Source: a virus. Taken from it: a stretch of DNA of 64,000 bases. A model generated the notes under the pieces. The model was not told where the DNA came from. It was given only the letters and a program-made list of their open reading frames with translations, and searched no databases. This document shows positions 1 to 9,192 of the stretch, one piece after another (the stretch's first letter is position 1; each line of letters starts with the position of its first letter). The DNA lies in IMG/VR virus record IMGVR_UViG_3300050821_006485, positions 1 to 64,000 of that record, one strand, 5' to 3'. The position numbers were made by a program, and so were the translations under genes.

Positions 1-2
1 CC

Positions 3-341
3 AGCACCAACACCGGCGACCGTAGCGCCAGCACCAACACCGGCTCTTATAGCGCCAGCACCAACACCGGCGACCGTAGCGCCAGCACCAACACCGGCTC
101 TTATAGCGCCAGCACCAACACCGGCTCTTATAGCGCCAGCACCAACACCGGCAAGCAAGGGGTTGCCCTAGCTTGGGGTTTTGAAAGTAAAGCCAAGGGT
201 GCAATCGGATGCTGGTTAGTATTATCAGAATGGAAGGATGGCGAGATTATTGACGCCCAAATGAAAAGGGTAGACGGTAAAAAAATTAAGGCGGACACGT
301 TCTACTCGCTGGTAGGCGGGAAATTCAAAGCGGTTTCATAA
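3..341 (+). CDS. 5'-truncated phage protein with 9-aa repeats (STNTGDRSA/STNTGSYSA), DUF7666-like
   Basis: Frame 3 is open to TAA at 339-341. It contains 27-bp coding repeats and ends KGAIGCWLVLSEW...VDGKKIKADTFYSL, typical of this phage family. Not in the ORF track. Confidence 0.7.
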   Translation, partial: STNTGDRSASTNTGSYSASTNTGDRSASTNTGSYSASTNTGSYSASTNTGKQGVALAWGFESKAKGAIGCWLVLSEWKDGEIIDAQMKRVDGKKIKADTFYSLVGGKFKAVS

Positions 342-406
342 CGTATAAAGCGTACGCTAGGCGAATCCGGCCACGTGTTTTGTTTTAATCACAGAAAGGG
401 AGCAAT

Positions 407-625
407 ATGACTGACAAAGCGGGAACGGTGCGGTGGTGGATAGGTACAGACGATGACCCAGACAAGCGGGAACAGATTGTCGTTACGGCTAAGGATGCCG
501 CCAAGCAACCTAACCGTGGTGACGTAACTGCATTCACTGTTAAAAACTTGCTCACTGGCAAACACGTTAAGTTGCGTAGAGCAGACTGCGGGTTAGGGTG
601 CCAGTATGCCTTAGAACGTGCGTAG
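407..625 (+). CDS. hypothetical protein
   Basis: SD GGGAG upstream of ATG; 72 aa. Confidence 0.6.
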   Translation: MTDKAGTVRWWIGTDDDPDKREQIVVTAKDAAKQPNRGDVTAFTVKNLLTGKHVKLRRADCGLGCQYALERA

Positions 626-913
626 TTTGCAAGGCGAGTGCTAGGCAAAAGCGTACACGGTACGGAAATGAGGAAAGCTATGTCACTGGACAGAGCAAAG
701 CAAGAATGGCCGGAAACGTATTATGTTGACACCCCCACTTTGGAGTGTGGTTAGGCGTACACTCATACGCTTCCAGTCGCGGCCACGTACTTGCTTTCAC
801 CCGTAATGACTCCATACCCTGCTACAGGGACAGTAACGCGTTCCTAGCGCGTCCTAGGCCGTCTGCTAGGCACTTCCTGAGCGAATGGCTTAGGCGAGTG
901 CTTAGCGCAGTTA

Positions 914-999
914 GTCTCAATATGAGATTATGCATAACTGTCTCATTATGAGATAACTAATCAATTAGTTGCTTACTGCTTAGCGTCTCAATGTGAGAC
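914..999. promoter_or_regulatory. three palindromic TCTCA-N3-TGAGA sites
   Basis: Copies at 915-927, 941-953 and 986-998 in the intergenic gap where transcription converges. Confidence 0.55.
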
Positions 1000-1402
1000 A
1001 ATCCTACCGTCGTGCTACGCTATACGTAGTAGTACATTCCAATCAAGTATAACTAAACAAATGGCTTAGGTGATTGCCTAGCGAGTGCAAGGCGAGTGCC
1101 ACTGCCCGCTTGGGTCTATCGCCTAGCACTCGCAATGCGTTTACTTAGCATAACTTAGCGACTGCTATACCTTTGTCTGGTATAGCTTAGCATTTTGCCT
1201 AGCACGCGCTAAGCAGGCGCGGCCTGCTACTCTCCTGTCCTTACAACAAGCACGTGGCCGAATCCCGCACTTGCTTAGCACTCCCTTAGCGTATCCCTGT
1301 ACGCTTGGCACTCGCTTAGCACTCGCCCAGCAATGCCCCCTAGAGATCTACCAGACGAGTGCTAAGCGATTGCTAGGCAGTTCCCATAGCCTTATACACA
1401 AC

Positions 1403-1430
1403 AAAAAACCCTAGCGGTTAGGCTAGGGTT
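1403..1430 (-). terminator. intrinsic terminator for leftward genes
   Basis: AACCCTAGC/GCTAGGGTT stem next to an A6 run (U-tract on the minus strand), just downstream of ORF 1457-1741. Confidence 0.7.
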
Positions 1431-1456
1431 AGGTAAGGCGAGTGCTAGGGGTGCGC

Positions 1457-1741
1457 CTATCTGCTCAACTGTCCGTCTGACTGCCATCCCTCAGTCTGTA
1501 CAAGACGTGGCCGATTCTTGGCCGTATCGTGTACGTGGGATGGTCTGCTATTCAGTTCTTTAATGCCCGTGACTACAGACAGGAAATGTTCACGGTCAAA
1601 CCTTGGGTTATCCTCCGCGAGGACTACAGCAACTTGATAGGCCGCGTCCATTGCCCCTTGATAACTGTCAAAGCTAGGTGTGTGTCTAGAAACAGCGTTT
1701 CGCAGTGCCCCTGCTAGTACGATGTAATCTTTACGTGTCAT
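1457..1741 (-). CDS. small phage hypothetical protein
   Basis: MTRKDY...LAEDNPRFDREHF resembles a common small early phage protein; AAGGAG upstream. Confidence 0.7.
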   Translation of the reverse strand: MTRKDYIVLAGALRNAVSRHTPSFDSYQGAMDAAYQVAVVLAEDNPRFDREHFLSVVTGIKELNSRPSHVHDTAKNRPRLVQTEGWQSDGQLSR

Positions 1742-1941
1742 AAAACATGGCCGCTCCTTAGTCGGCGTATGCTTGTACGGCTATGCTGCTTTGGCTTTTC
1801 CGCCTTGTATTACCTCAAGGCTGTAGTGCCAGTCTGTAGAATCATCCACGCGGTAAATCGTGGCCGGGTTGTAGGACAGGCGCGTATATGTGTACGTACC
1901 GGACCTATCCTGCTCGTTACGGTAAACGATCTGTAGGTCTG

Positions 1942-2139
1942 TCATACAGACTCCGCATAGTTTGCTACCAGATACTCGTAGGTCTCAGACTGACGCATTT
2001 CGTCGCAGAGTCTAGATGACCAGCTCCCTGTCATCCGAAGCTTAGACAGTAGGCGATAACCGCGTGACCACTGCCCGCTGTGATAGTCCATGAGGAATAC
2101 AGCCAATTCAAAGTAGCATTCTTTCGGAATCTTGTTCAT
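1942..2139 (-). CDS. hypothetical protein
   Basis: SD AGGAGG precedes ATG 2139 (MNKIPKE), a better start than 2196. Confidence 0.6.
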   Translation of the reverse strand: MNKIPKECYFELAVFLMDYHSGQWSRGYRLLSKLRMTGSWSSRLCDEMRQSETYEYLVANYAESV

Positions 2140-2658
2140 ATTTCCTCCTGCTCGAATCCTTGCACACCCTTGGCAACTTGTCAAGCCTTCCCGCATAAAT
2201 AGTTGGCAATGGAATTGCTAAGCACCCGCCTAGCGTACGCTGTACGGTCTGAGAATCGGCCACGTGTTTTGTTGATAGCAGAACACTCATAGGGAGAACA
2301 CAAAGGGAAGCTATTAGAATACATAAGCGAACACAAAGCGAATGCTTAGCAGTATGTAATAGTTACACAGCGAATGGATGGCGATAGATGCAAGGTAATG
2401 CGGTGTAGTGCTTGGGGAGTGCTAAGCGAGTGCTAAGTGCTTTGTAGTCTGCTACTTACGATGGGGTAACCACCCGAAACGTGACCGTCAACTGCTGGCG
2501 GGCGCAGTCGTACAGAACTTCACCCTTTTACATGGGGACCTGAACGTATATGCATACGCTTGGCATTCGCTAAAGCTATCTTGCTCACTAACCTGCTTTT
2601 GTTTAGTGAGCACTCGCTTGGCACCCGCTTGGCACATCCTAGGCATTCGCTTAGCACT

Positions 2659-2901
2659 TTATACGTAAGCCGTCCAGCCTTCCTCCGCGTTATAGTTTTC
2701 AGCCTTAAACTCGTCTTCATACACAGCGTCTTCCTGAAACCAACCTAGTTCCACTAATCTTTCTACCGCTGCCGAAGGCAAAGGTTTGTCTGTACTATAC
2801 GCAAAGAACGTGTCGTGCTCCGCTCCAATATGGTAACCATCCCCACCTTCATAGAAAGGGGCTAGTATCTGTAGCCCCTCAACTAGGTTCATTAGTTTCA
2901 T
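2659..2901 (-). CDS. hypothetical protein
   Basis: ACTCAGGAG SD; acidic 80-aa ORF containing GAEHD. Confidence 0.7.
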   Translation of the reverse strand: MKLMNLVEGLQILAPFYEGGDGYHIGAEHDTFFAYSTDKPLPSAAVERLVELGWFQEDAVYEDEFKAENYNAEEGWTAYV

Positions 2902-3342
2902 ACTGTTCTCTCCTGAGTTTAAATCAAAACGTGGCCGAATTTACGTTCCGTACGCTTATACGCCCGGCATTCTCTTAGGAACTTTTCTTCTTTCGCCTTG
3001 ATTCCGTTCCTGGTGTATACCAATTATGTGGGCAATCGTCTTTGTCTAAGCATTGGTGTGGTCCCTTATGCCATTCCAAAAGATAACACGGATACTGCGC
3101 CCCATACGAGTAAGGTCCGTAATCTATAGCTTGGCATTCTCTCTTATCTTCCATGCTTCTTCTCCTGTCTCAAACCCGAATACGTGGCCGGGTTTCAAGG
3201 CGTATTACGTACGCTCAGTTAGATTCTTGCGTATCCTGACACATGTGAAATTCTACATACTTTTCTCTACAGTGCGGGCATTCCTGTTCAGGCAGTTCAG
3301 AGCCGCAACAAAAACAATGCCAATTCTTGTGTCCACGCGACA

Positions 3343-3678
3343 TCAAAATGTTACAGCACTCAGGCGTTTCCATGCATTTTCTCCGCACCCTGGCACTCCC
3401 TTAGCATTTGCTGAGCGAGCCTCGTTTTTCTTTATTTGCTCCACGTCTGGTACTTCCCAAGTATTATTTTTCTTATTCCAAAAGGCGTCTGGACCCTTAA
3501 GTTCTGGAAGGTCGGAGCTCCCGGTCCTACGCAGTGTAATGACAATAACCCCGGTAGTGCTGCCCGCAAGGAACTCCCTCACCCACTCAATCAGCAACTG
3601 TGGATTCTGAACAACGTCGCAGGAGTTTACCCAGAATTCCTGAGATTCTTTCACTGGTAATTCCTTTCTTGTACCCAT
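3343..3678 (-). CDS. hypothetical protein
   Basis: Co-oriented with neighbouring genes; no recognisable motif. Confidence 0.4.
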   Translation of the reverse strand: MGTRKELPVKESQEFWVNSCDVVQNPQLLIEWVREFLAGSTTGVIVITLRRTGSSDLPELKGPDAFWNKKNNTWEVPDVEQIKKNEARSANAKGVPGCGENAWKRLSAVTF

Positions 3679-3726
3679 ATAGGGGACGTTTGTTCCCTAA
3701 TTGAGTACTATATAGGCACACTGGAA

Positions 3727-3806
3727 TGGAGGAAAGGGTTGGAGTCGAACCAACGATAAGACGGATTCACAGTCCGCTGAGCCATACCGACAGGCACCAC
3801 CAATCC
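3727..3806 (-). tRNA. tRNA-His(GTG)-like, atypical
   Basis: Anticodon arm GCGGA-CTGTGAA-TCCGT, T arm GTTGG-TTCGACT-CCAAC, encoded CCA. The acceptor stem has two U-U mismatches and there is no G-1. Confidence 0.65.
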
Positions 3807-3883
3807 AAACCCCTAGCACTCGCCCAGCAACCCCGTGTAGGCGATTGCTAAGCGAATGCCGGGTATTGTAGCGTATAGCCTAA

Positions 3884-4525
3884 TTATTTAGCAACTACTC
3901 GGTACGGCGCATAAGTTCTATTCCACCGAACTATCATGTGCCAATGCGCCATGAGCTTCTCAATTTCGTCGTGCTTCGTCAGCACCGCATCCTGAGTCTG
4001 GTCCGAGTCAGACGTGTCATAGGGGCAGAGATTATCCGCAATCTGCTGGCACTGCACGTCGGTGTTCTTCCATAACCAGATTTCAGCGCCCTGAGTACCG
4101 TCTGGATTTACCACCCAAGTCTGGACCTGAGTTACGCGTGGGTTAAAATTTACTTGCAGATACGGCCAAGGCGATTTCAACGGGTCCCATTGTCCCGGTT
4201 GCCGATTAGTATTCAAAGCAAGCTCGTGCTCCTGTGTCTTTCCAAACCACTCGACGCAGTTCTCGATACCTCTCGGATCATCTGTCAGAATTGGCAGAAA
4301 TATCTTTAGGTCCACAGGATAGAATCCCGGCGCTGGATCGAGATAATGGTACTCCACGCCGATGACCGGAATCGTGAGCGGCGTCCCCGCCGGATCGGGG
4401 TTGAAGACCTGAACTGTGTTGTACTGGATGCGATCTACATTGCCGGTGAACATCAACCTGTTGCCCTGAGCAAGGCAAACAATAGATGCGAGCATTAGCG
4501 TTACTAAAGCAAGTATTTTTCTCAT
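3884..4525 (-). CDS. secreted/periplasmic hypothetical protein
   Basis: N-terminal signal peptide MRKILALVTLMLASIVCLA; SD AGGAG. Confidence 0.7.
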   Translation of the reverse strand: MRKILALVTLMLASIVCLAQGNRLMFTGNVDRIQYNTVQVFNPDPAGTPLTIPVIGVEYHYLDPAPGFYPVDLKIFLPILTDDPRGIENCVEWFGKTQEHELALNTNRQPGQWDPLKSPWPYLQVNFNPRVTQVQTWVVNPDGTQGAEIWLWKNTDVQCQQIADNLCPYDTSDSDQTQDAVLTKHDEIEKLMAHWHMIVRWNRTYAPYRVVAK

Positions 4526-4764
4526 AGATTCTCCTAAGTTACTCTGTTAATGCCTGGATTTCGCTTGGGGTGAGCCCGGCGAGTGCCAGGCGTTCTGTTT
4601 TATACCTATCGCTATCGCCCCTGAGCTTCTGAAACAAAATTTCCATTAAAAGCTTTTCTACCCGCGTTCTAGGTATGTATTGGCCTTGCACATCCATAGG
4701 TAAAGAAAGTTCCATTTATCTCTCCTGAGTTTATTTTTGTCCATCTACCCACTGCGGTTCTATA

Positions 4765-4977
4765 CTATTCTACTTTACTAGACAAACCTAGTCTCCCCAT
4801 GATTCGCTGGGCATCCGCCACGTCTTTGCATTGCTCGCATCCATTGGGAGTAACTATGGTTTTGCTGTCCCATACATAAGCGTTAGGTTTTGATTGGCTG
4901 AGTATTTTCCCGCACGAACAGTGCTCAACCCATTTCACGCCCCGTATTTCTAGAGACTTTTTGTAGCCGCTGTCCAC
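4765..4977 (-). CDS. small Zn-finger protein
   Basis: CSCG...CEQC; abuts the upstream gene. Confidence 0.55.
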   Translation of the reverse strand: MDSGYKKSLEIRGVKWVEHCSCGKILSQSKPNAYVWDSKTIVTPNGCEQCKDVADAQRIMGRLGLSSKVE

Positions 4978-5424
4978 CTAAAACCTCCCCTCGGCAACTT
5001 GGAAAACGCGTAAGCCGCGATCCCTATACATCTTGACAACTTGGTCTCTGTCCTCAAACACACCGCCGATGCTGTGCAAATCCATGTTGTAATCCTTTTT
5101 AATTTGGTCCAGTATCTCCGACTTGACTATACTGTCTTCCCTATAATCTCCTTCTTTTCTCATGTACAATCTGTCAAAGAAGACGCCGTTATTAAGAAGC
5201 CAATCTTCGGTCAGCTTTCTAATTTCATCACTACGCCCGGTTACCACAAGTTGGGTATAGCCCACCGAGTTCAATGCCTGGTTAACCGCTATGGTTTCTT
5301 TGATAGGTAAATCCTTATCGGCTGCCGCGAAGAATGCCCACCAGTTAGAGGGCTTGCTTTGGATGAAGTGCAGGCGGTGCTCTATATTGCTTAGTGTGCC
5401 GTCTAGGTCCCAGAGGTAGATAAT
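4978..5424 (-). CDS. HAD-family phosphatase (like the 3'-phosphatase domain of T4 PseT/Pnkp)
   Basis: The frame extends upstream of the tracked TTG to include motif I (WDLDGTL), plus VVTGR and FEDR. The apparent start is ATT at 5424, 7 nt after GGAGG. Confidence 0.8.
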   Translation of the reverse strand: MIYLWDLDGTLSNIEHRLHFIQSKPSNWWAFFAAADKDLPIKETIAVNQALNSVGYTQLVVTGRSDEIRKLTEDWLLNNGVFFDRLYMRKEGDYREDSIVKSEILDQIKKDYNMDLHSIGGVFEDRDQVVKMYRDRGLRVFQVAEGRF

Positions 5425-5630
5425 TTTGTTGCCTCCTGTCTTTTCTCGTCCATTTCTTCCAGTAGTTTACGCTGTTCCGTTGGGGAAAGCAAGTAGAAAT
5501 CTTCTCCCGTGGTTTCGTGGTAGTGCTTTGCCGTGTCGTACAAAAGTACTAGGTCCTTTTGCAACTGATCGGTAAGGTTAGCCGTGAAAATCCAATGGCA
5601 ATGCGGGCAGGTTATTTGGTCCCAGCTCAT
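5403..5630 (-). CDS. hypothetical protein
   Basis: SD AGGAG; CPHC near the N-terminus. Confidence 0.55.
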   Translation of the reverse strand: MSWDQITCPHCHWIFTANLTDQLQKDLVLLYDTAKHYHETTGEDFYLLSPTEQRKLLEEMDEKRQEATKLSTSGT

Positions 5631-5642
5631 AGGACTCCTAGA

Positions 5643-5870
5643 TCAGTAGTCATCGGTACTCCATGCTCCGGGTTTGCTCACTGAAACAATGCGAATGCTG
5701 CCGTCATTGTATTCTCCATCTACCGTTACAAAGTCTGTTTCTTTTAGGGATTTGGATTTTTCTACGGCTTCTTAAAAAGATGAAGCTTCAACTTCTACAT
5801 CGCTAATAATTACAATACGGGCAGTAACATTAAACGTTCTGTCCTTGACGCTAACCTTTTTAGTTGACAT
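5643..5870 (-). pseudogene. small ORF with one internal TAA (nonsense mutation or sequence error)
   Basis: ACTCAGGAG SD and ATG 5870; reads ...EASSF*EAVEK... with TAA at 5774-5772 and continues in frame to TGA 5643. Confidence 0.55.
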
Positions 5871-5884
5871 TTATTCTCCTGAGT

Positions 5885-6268
5885 TTACCTATTGTCTCCT
5901 TCACTTTTTATTACATCACGGTTGCGACGATCAGAAAGCTTAGTAATGTTCTGCACGGCTATTTCACTTAGGTCCATGCCCAGTTCCCGAGCAGAAGCCG
6001 CAATATACCACAGAACATCTCCAAGTTCTTTAGCAAATTCCTTACGTTGTTCGTAAGAAAGATTAGCGGAAGACATGCTGCCCGCATTACGCCAATTTTT
6101 CTTAACTTTGTCTACATATTCCCCCGTTTCCCCAGCCAAACCCATAGCTGGATAAACAAGGTTCTCACCTACGCTCTGATACACCGCTGTTGACAAGGCC
6201 AAATCTTGGTAATCATCGAAATTAAGAGCCACAGGTACCGCCTTTTCCTGAAATTTCGCAAATATCAC
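5885..6268 (-). CDS. mazG: MazG-like nucleotide pyrophosphohydrolase
   Basis: GLAGETGE...KELGDVLWY...NITKL motifs. Confidence 0.9.
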   Translation of the reverse strand: MIFAKFQEKAVPVALNFDDYQDLALSTAVYQSVGENLVYPAMGLAGETGEYVDKVKKNWRNAGSMSSANLSYEQRKEFAKELGDVLWYIAASARELGMDLSEIAVQNITKLSDRRNRDVIKSEGDNR

Positions 6269-7868
6269 TTGCTTCTACAAAAGTTTCACCTACGTGCTTT
6301 GTTGCTGTGTTCCAACGAACGGGCGTTAAAGGTTGCCCGCTTCTAGCTCCATCAGGATAAGTAGTAACGCCCCGAAGAAGAGGCAAATATTTGATAAGCG
6401 TTTTACCAAACGTTTGTACCGTGTCTGCATTGTTTAATTCGCTGCCCCATTGAGGTAAATTTATCGTACTACTAATGCCATGATCTACATACTTCTGAAC
6501 ATGCGCTTGGAACGCTAGCCTACGTTCCACGTTTTCTGCCAAAACATAAGCATCTTCTATGTTGTCTGGATTCACCCCTTTCTCTTCTATCAGACGCTTC
6601 GCTGTTGGATCGAGCACGTATTGATAATTCCATGTGCTGCCCTTAAGATAACGTCTCTTGTATGCGGAGCAAAATATTGGTTCAATACCCGTGGAACTTT
6701 CTGCTAAGATTCCAATTGACCCCGTAGGAGCAACCGCTCGGGTTTTTACTGGGTGTGACAGGTCCCACTTATCGGCGTACTGCCCGGCAATCTTTGTACT
6801 CTCCGTATAGGCTTCCAAGTATGCATCCAACTCCGCATCTGCGCCGTAAGGTTTTCCGTGAACAAGTAGCCATTCGTGAATGCCCATCAAGCCTAACCCG
6901 AGACGGCGGTTCTTGGTACGAACCATGTCTACCTTGGCAAACGGAACGTCACTATAAACCGTTCCTGCCAATAAGAATGCTGTTGCACACTCTATAACTG
7001 CCTTCATCTCCTCTAAGTTCTCAATACGCGCAAGGTTGACGGAGCCAAGATTGCAAACATCGCTGTCGTCCTCGCTGCATAATTCTGTACAAGCGTTTCG
7101 AAGTGTCTCCTTTCTATTTTTACCTATGTCAATGCTAAACCCAGGCTCTCCGGTCTTAAGCATACGCTCGACGGTTGCCCAGTAGACCATGCTGGCTTGA
7201 GTGTTCTTAGAATGTTTTTCATCTTCAAATGCAGCGAAGAATTCATCGTCTAATTGAACGCTGATATTGGTTCCGTCCATCGTCGCGGGAAAATTGAAGT
7301 CCTTGGCCTTCATCTCCCTGACTTCTGGAATCCAGTTCTTCATCACTATAAACTTCATTATATCAGCGTGCGACCATTTTAGTCCAGCCCATAATGCGGA
7401 GCGTCTACTGCCGCCTTGCATTACTCCCCGTCCGCATTCGTTCGTAATCTGCATTAGGGCCAACGGCCCCGTAGAGAAACCTCCTGTCTTACGGATTAAC
7501 TTTCCTTCTGACCTAACAGCAGAATAATCTGTTCCTATTCCCGCTCCAGTCATAAGGCCCATGGTGTTCTTCTGTACGTGCTCACTCCAGCCCTCACGGC
7601 TATCTTCGGCTTTCATCATCAAACAGTTATTAACTTGGTGATAAGGCCTACCCGTTGCGTATAAATAGCGACCTCCAGGTATAAACTTTCTGTCTACAAT
7701 GCATTGCTTGGTTTGTTCAATAAGAGTTTTTGGAGCGCTTACAGCTTTTAACACCGTTCGGCTTACCCTTTCTGCGATGTCCTCCCAAGTTTCTTTGGTT
7801 CCGTCTTTATGTTCATGTGAGTATTTCTGAAACATTATGTCTGAGCTAAACTTAGACATCACTTGCAT
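6222..7868 (-). CDS. nrdJ: ribonucleotide reductase, probably class II (AdoCbl-dependent)
   Basis: PGGR, NNC, GGSRRSA, NACTE (equivalent to NPCxE), CNLGS, APTGS and a C-terminal Cys pair. No beta-subunit gene in the window. Confidence 0.8.
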   Translation of the reverse strand: MQVMSKFSSDIMFQKYSHEHKDGTKETWEDIAERVSRTVLKAVSAPKTLIEQTKQCIVDRKFIPGGRYLYATGRPYHQVNNCLMMKAEDSREGWSEHVQKNTMGLMTGAGIGTDYSAVRSEGKLIRKTGGFSTGPLALMQITNECGRGVMQGGSRRSALWAGLKWSHADIMKFIVMKNWIPEVREMKAKDFNFPATMDGTNISVQLDDEFFAAFEDEKHSKNTQASMVYWATVERMLKTGEPGFSIDIGKNRKETLRNACTELCSEDDSDVCNLGSVNLARIENLEEMKAVIECATAFLLAGTVYSDVPFAKVDMVRTKNRRLGLGLMGIHEWLLVHGKPYGADAELDAYLEAYTESTKIAGQYADKWDLSHPVKTRAVAPTGSIGILAESSTGIEPIFCSAYKRRYLKGSTWNYQYVLDPTAKRLIEEKGVNPDNIEDAYVLAENVERRLAFQAHVQKYVDHGISSTINLPQWGSELNNADTVQTFGKTLIKYLPLLRGVTTYPDGARSGQPLTPVRWNTATKHVGETFVEASDICEISGKGGTCGS

Positions 7869-8142
7869 TGTTGTTATTCTCTTTCTCTGACTCAGGTTTC
7901 TGCTGCTCTTTAATATAAAACTTATGTCCAGTGTTGCAGACGTACAAAGTAAATACCAAGTTAGGCTGCACGGGAGATATGTAGGTTTGCGAAGGACATG
8001 CCGGGCAATTGTAGTACCTACTGCGCTTAGCGTTTCGTAGTTTCTCCATCGCTACCTGTTTGTCGTTAGTGCACTCACCGCAGTATTCATCGTATAAGCC
8101 ATGAATACTGCATACACCTTGCTCTCCCGGATGTAAACTCAT
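7852..8142 (-). CDS. Cys-rich hypothetical protein
   Basis: Several CxxC/CxxH motifs; sits within the operon. Confidence 0.55.
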   Translation of the reverse strand: MSLHPGEQGVCSIHGLYDEYCGECTNDKQVAMEKLRNAKRSRYYNCPACPSQTYISPVQPNLVFTLYVCNTGHKFYIKEQQKPESEKENNNNASDV

Positions 8143-9192
8143 TTAGTCAGCCCCCTTTAACTTTAGGAATTTACGAATCTTTTCTTCCATGTTCTTCTCA
8201 GTATGCTTTATGACTAACAAGGGAATGTCGTTTCTTTTACAGAAACGCCTCTTAATGCGATCATGATTTTGTATTTTATTTAACGCCCTGTTTCCACCAA
8301 AAAATGTACACTTTTTATAATGTTGTCCTCCGTGGAATTCAATGAGATATTTTTTATCTAAATCCACGGAAAAATCAAACGGTAGAGGCCTTTTGTCTCT
8401 GCACTCTGAAATACGAAGCTCCCGAGAAAATTGAACGTTCAGCCCTACGAGTATTTTTGCTACCCTCTTTTCTCCTTTTGATTCTTGGCACCTAGGACAA
8501 CCGTTTCCTTGTTGATGTTGGTAGTATCTTTGCTTGTAATTACCATGGGTTGTACAAACGAACCAGTACTTACCTTTAGCCCCATTCCACCTTTGATTTT
8601 TTACTATATCAGGAAATCTGGCTTCGGCCTCTTCCACAGAAATAGAACGCTTTTTGGCGCGATTTTCTATCGCGCACGCAGAACATCCCTTTCCCATATC
8701 ATGATTATGGTATGTTTGCAAATATTTCCCATGAGCTTTGCATTCAAACCAATACTTAGCCTTATTACCTAACCATTTTTGCCCCTTTATCATGTCTAGA
8801 TGCTTGGATTCTACCTCTTTTGCGTTTAAATCTTTTGTACCACCACACGCATCGCACCTTTGTCCACTATAGTGGTTGTCATATCTTTGTAAATATTTTC
8901 CGTGGGTATTACAAACAAACCAATACTTGGCTTTGGCACCAATCCATTTTTGACCTCTTACCATTTCAGGGAAATTAGTTTCTACCGATTTTATATCTAA
9001 ATCTTTTGAACCTCCGCACGCATCACATCCGTAACCGCTTTGATGACTCATGTAACTTTGCAAATATTTTCCGTGAATTTTGCAAATAAACCAATATTTA
9101 TACTCAACATTGTTCCATCTTTGTCCTTTTACCATATCTGGACACCGATGCTCTGCTTCTTCTATCGTTAACCTTCTCATTTTTTCCAACAA
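8143..9192 (-). CDS. putative homing endonuclease with four Zn-ribbon repeats and a C-terminal PD-(D/E)xK/Vsr-like domain
   Basis: Four KYWFxCxxHGxYxQ...GCxxC repeats, then SKGE...LPFDF...IEFHGGQH...D.IK. Confidence 0.75.
   Translation of the reverse strand: MLEKMRRLTIEEAEHRCPDMVKGQRWNNVEYKYWFICKIHGKYLQSYMSHQSGYGCDACGGSKDLDIKSVETNFPEMVRGQKWIGAKAKYWFVCNTHGKYLQRYDNHYSGQRCDACGGTKDLNAKEVESKHLDMIKGQKWLGNKAKYWFECKAHGKYLQTYHNHDMGKGCSACAIENRAKKRSISVEEAEARFPDIVKNQRWNGAKGKYWFVCTTHGNYKQRYYQHQQGNGCPRCQESKGEKRVAKILVGLNVQFSRELRISECRDKRPLPFDFSVDLDKKYLIEFHGGQHYKKCTFFGGNRALNKIQNHDRIKRRFCKRNDIPLLVIKHTEKNMEEKIRKFLKLKGAD

Noticed and set aside
1-152. 27-bp tandem repeats resembling a CRISPR array
   Set aside because: No unique spacers; the period is 9 codons inside an open frame, so it is a protein repeat.
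5772-5774. Genome-wide stop-codon reassignment
   Set aside because: TAA, TAG and TGA all end well-formed genes, and no suppressor tRNA was seen.
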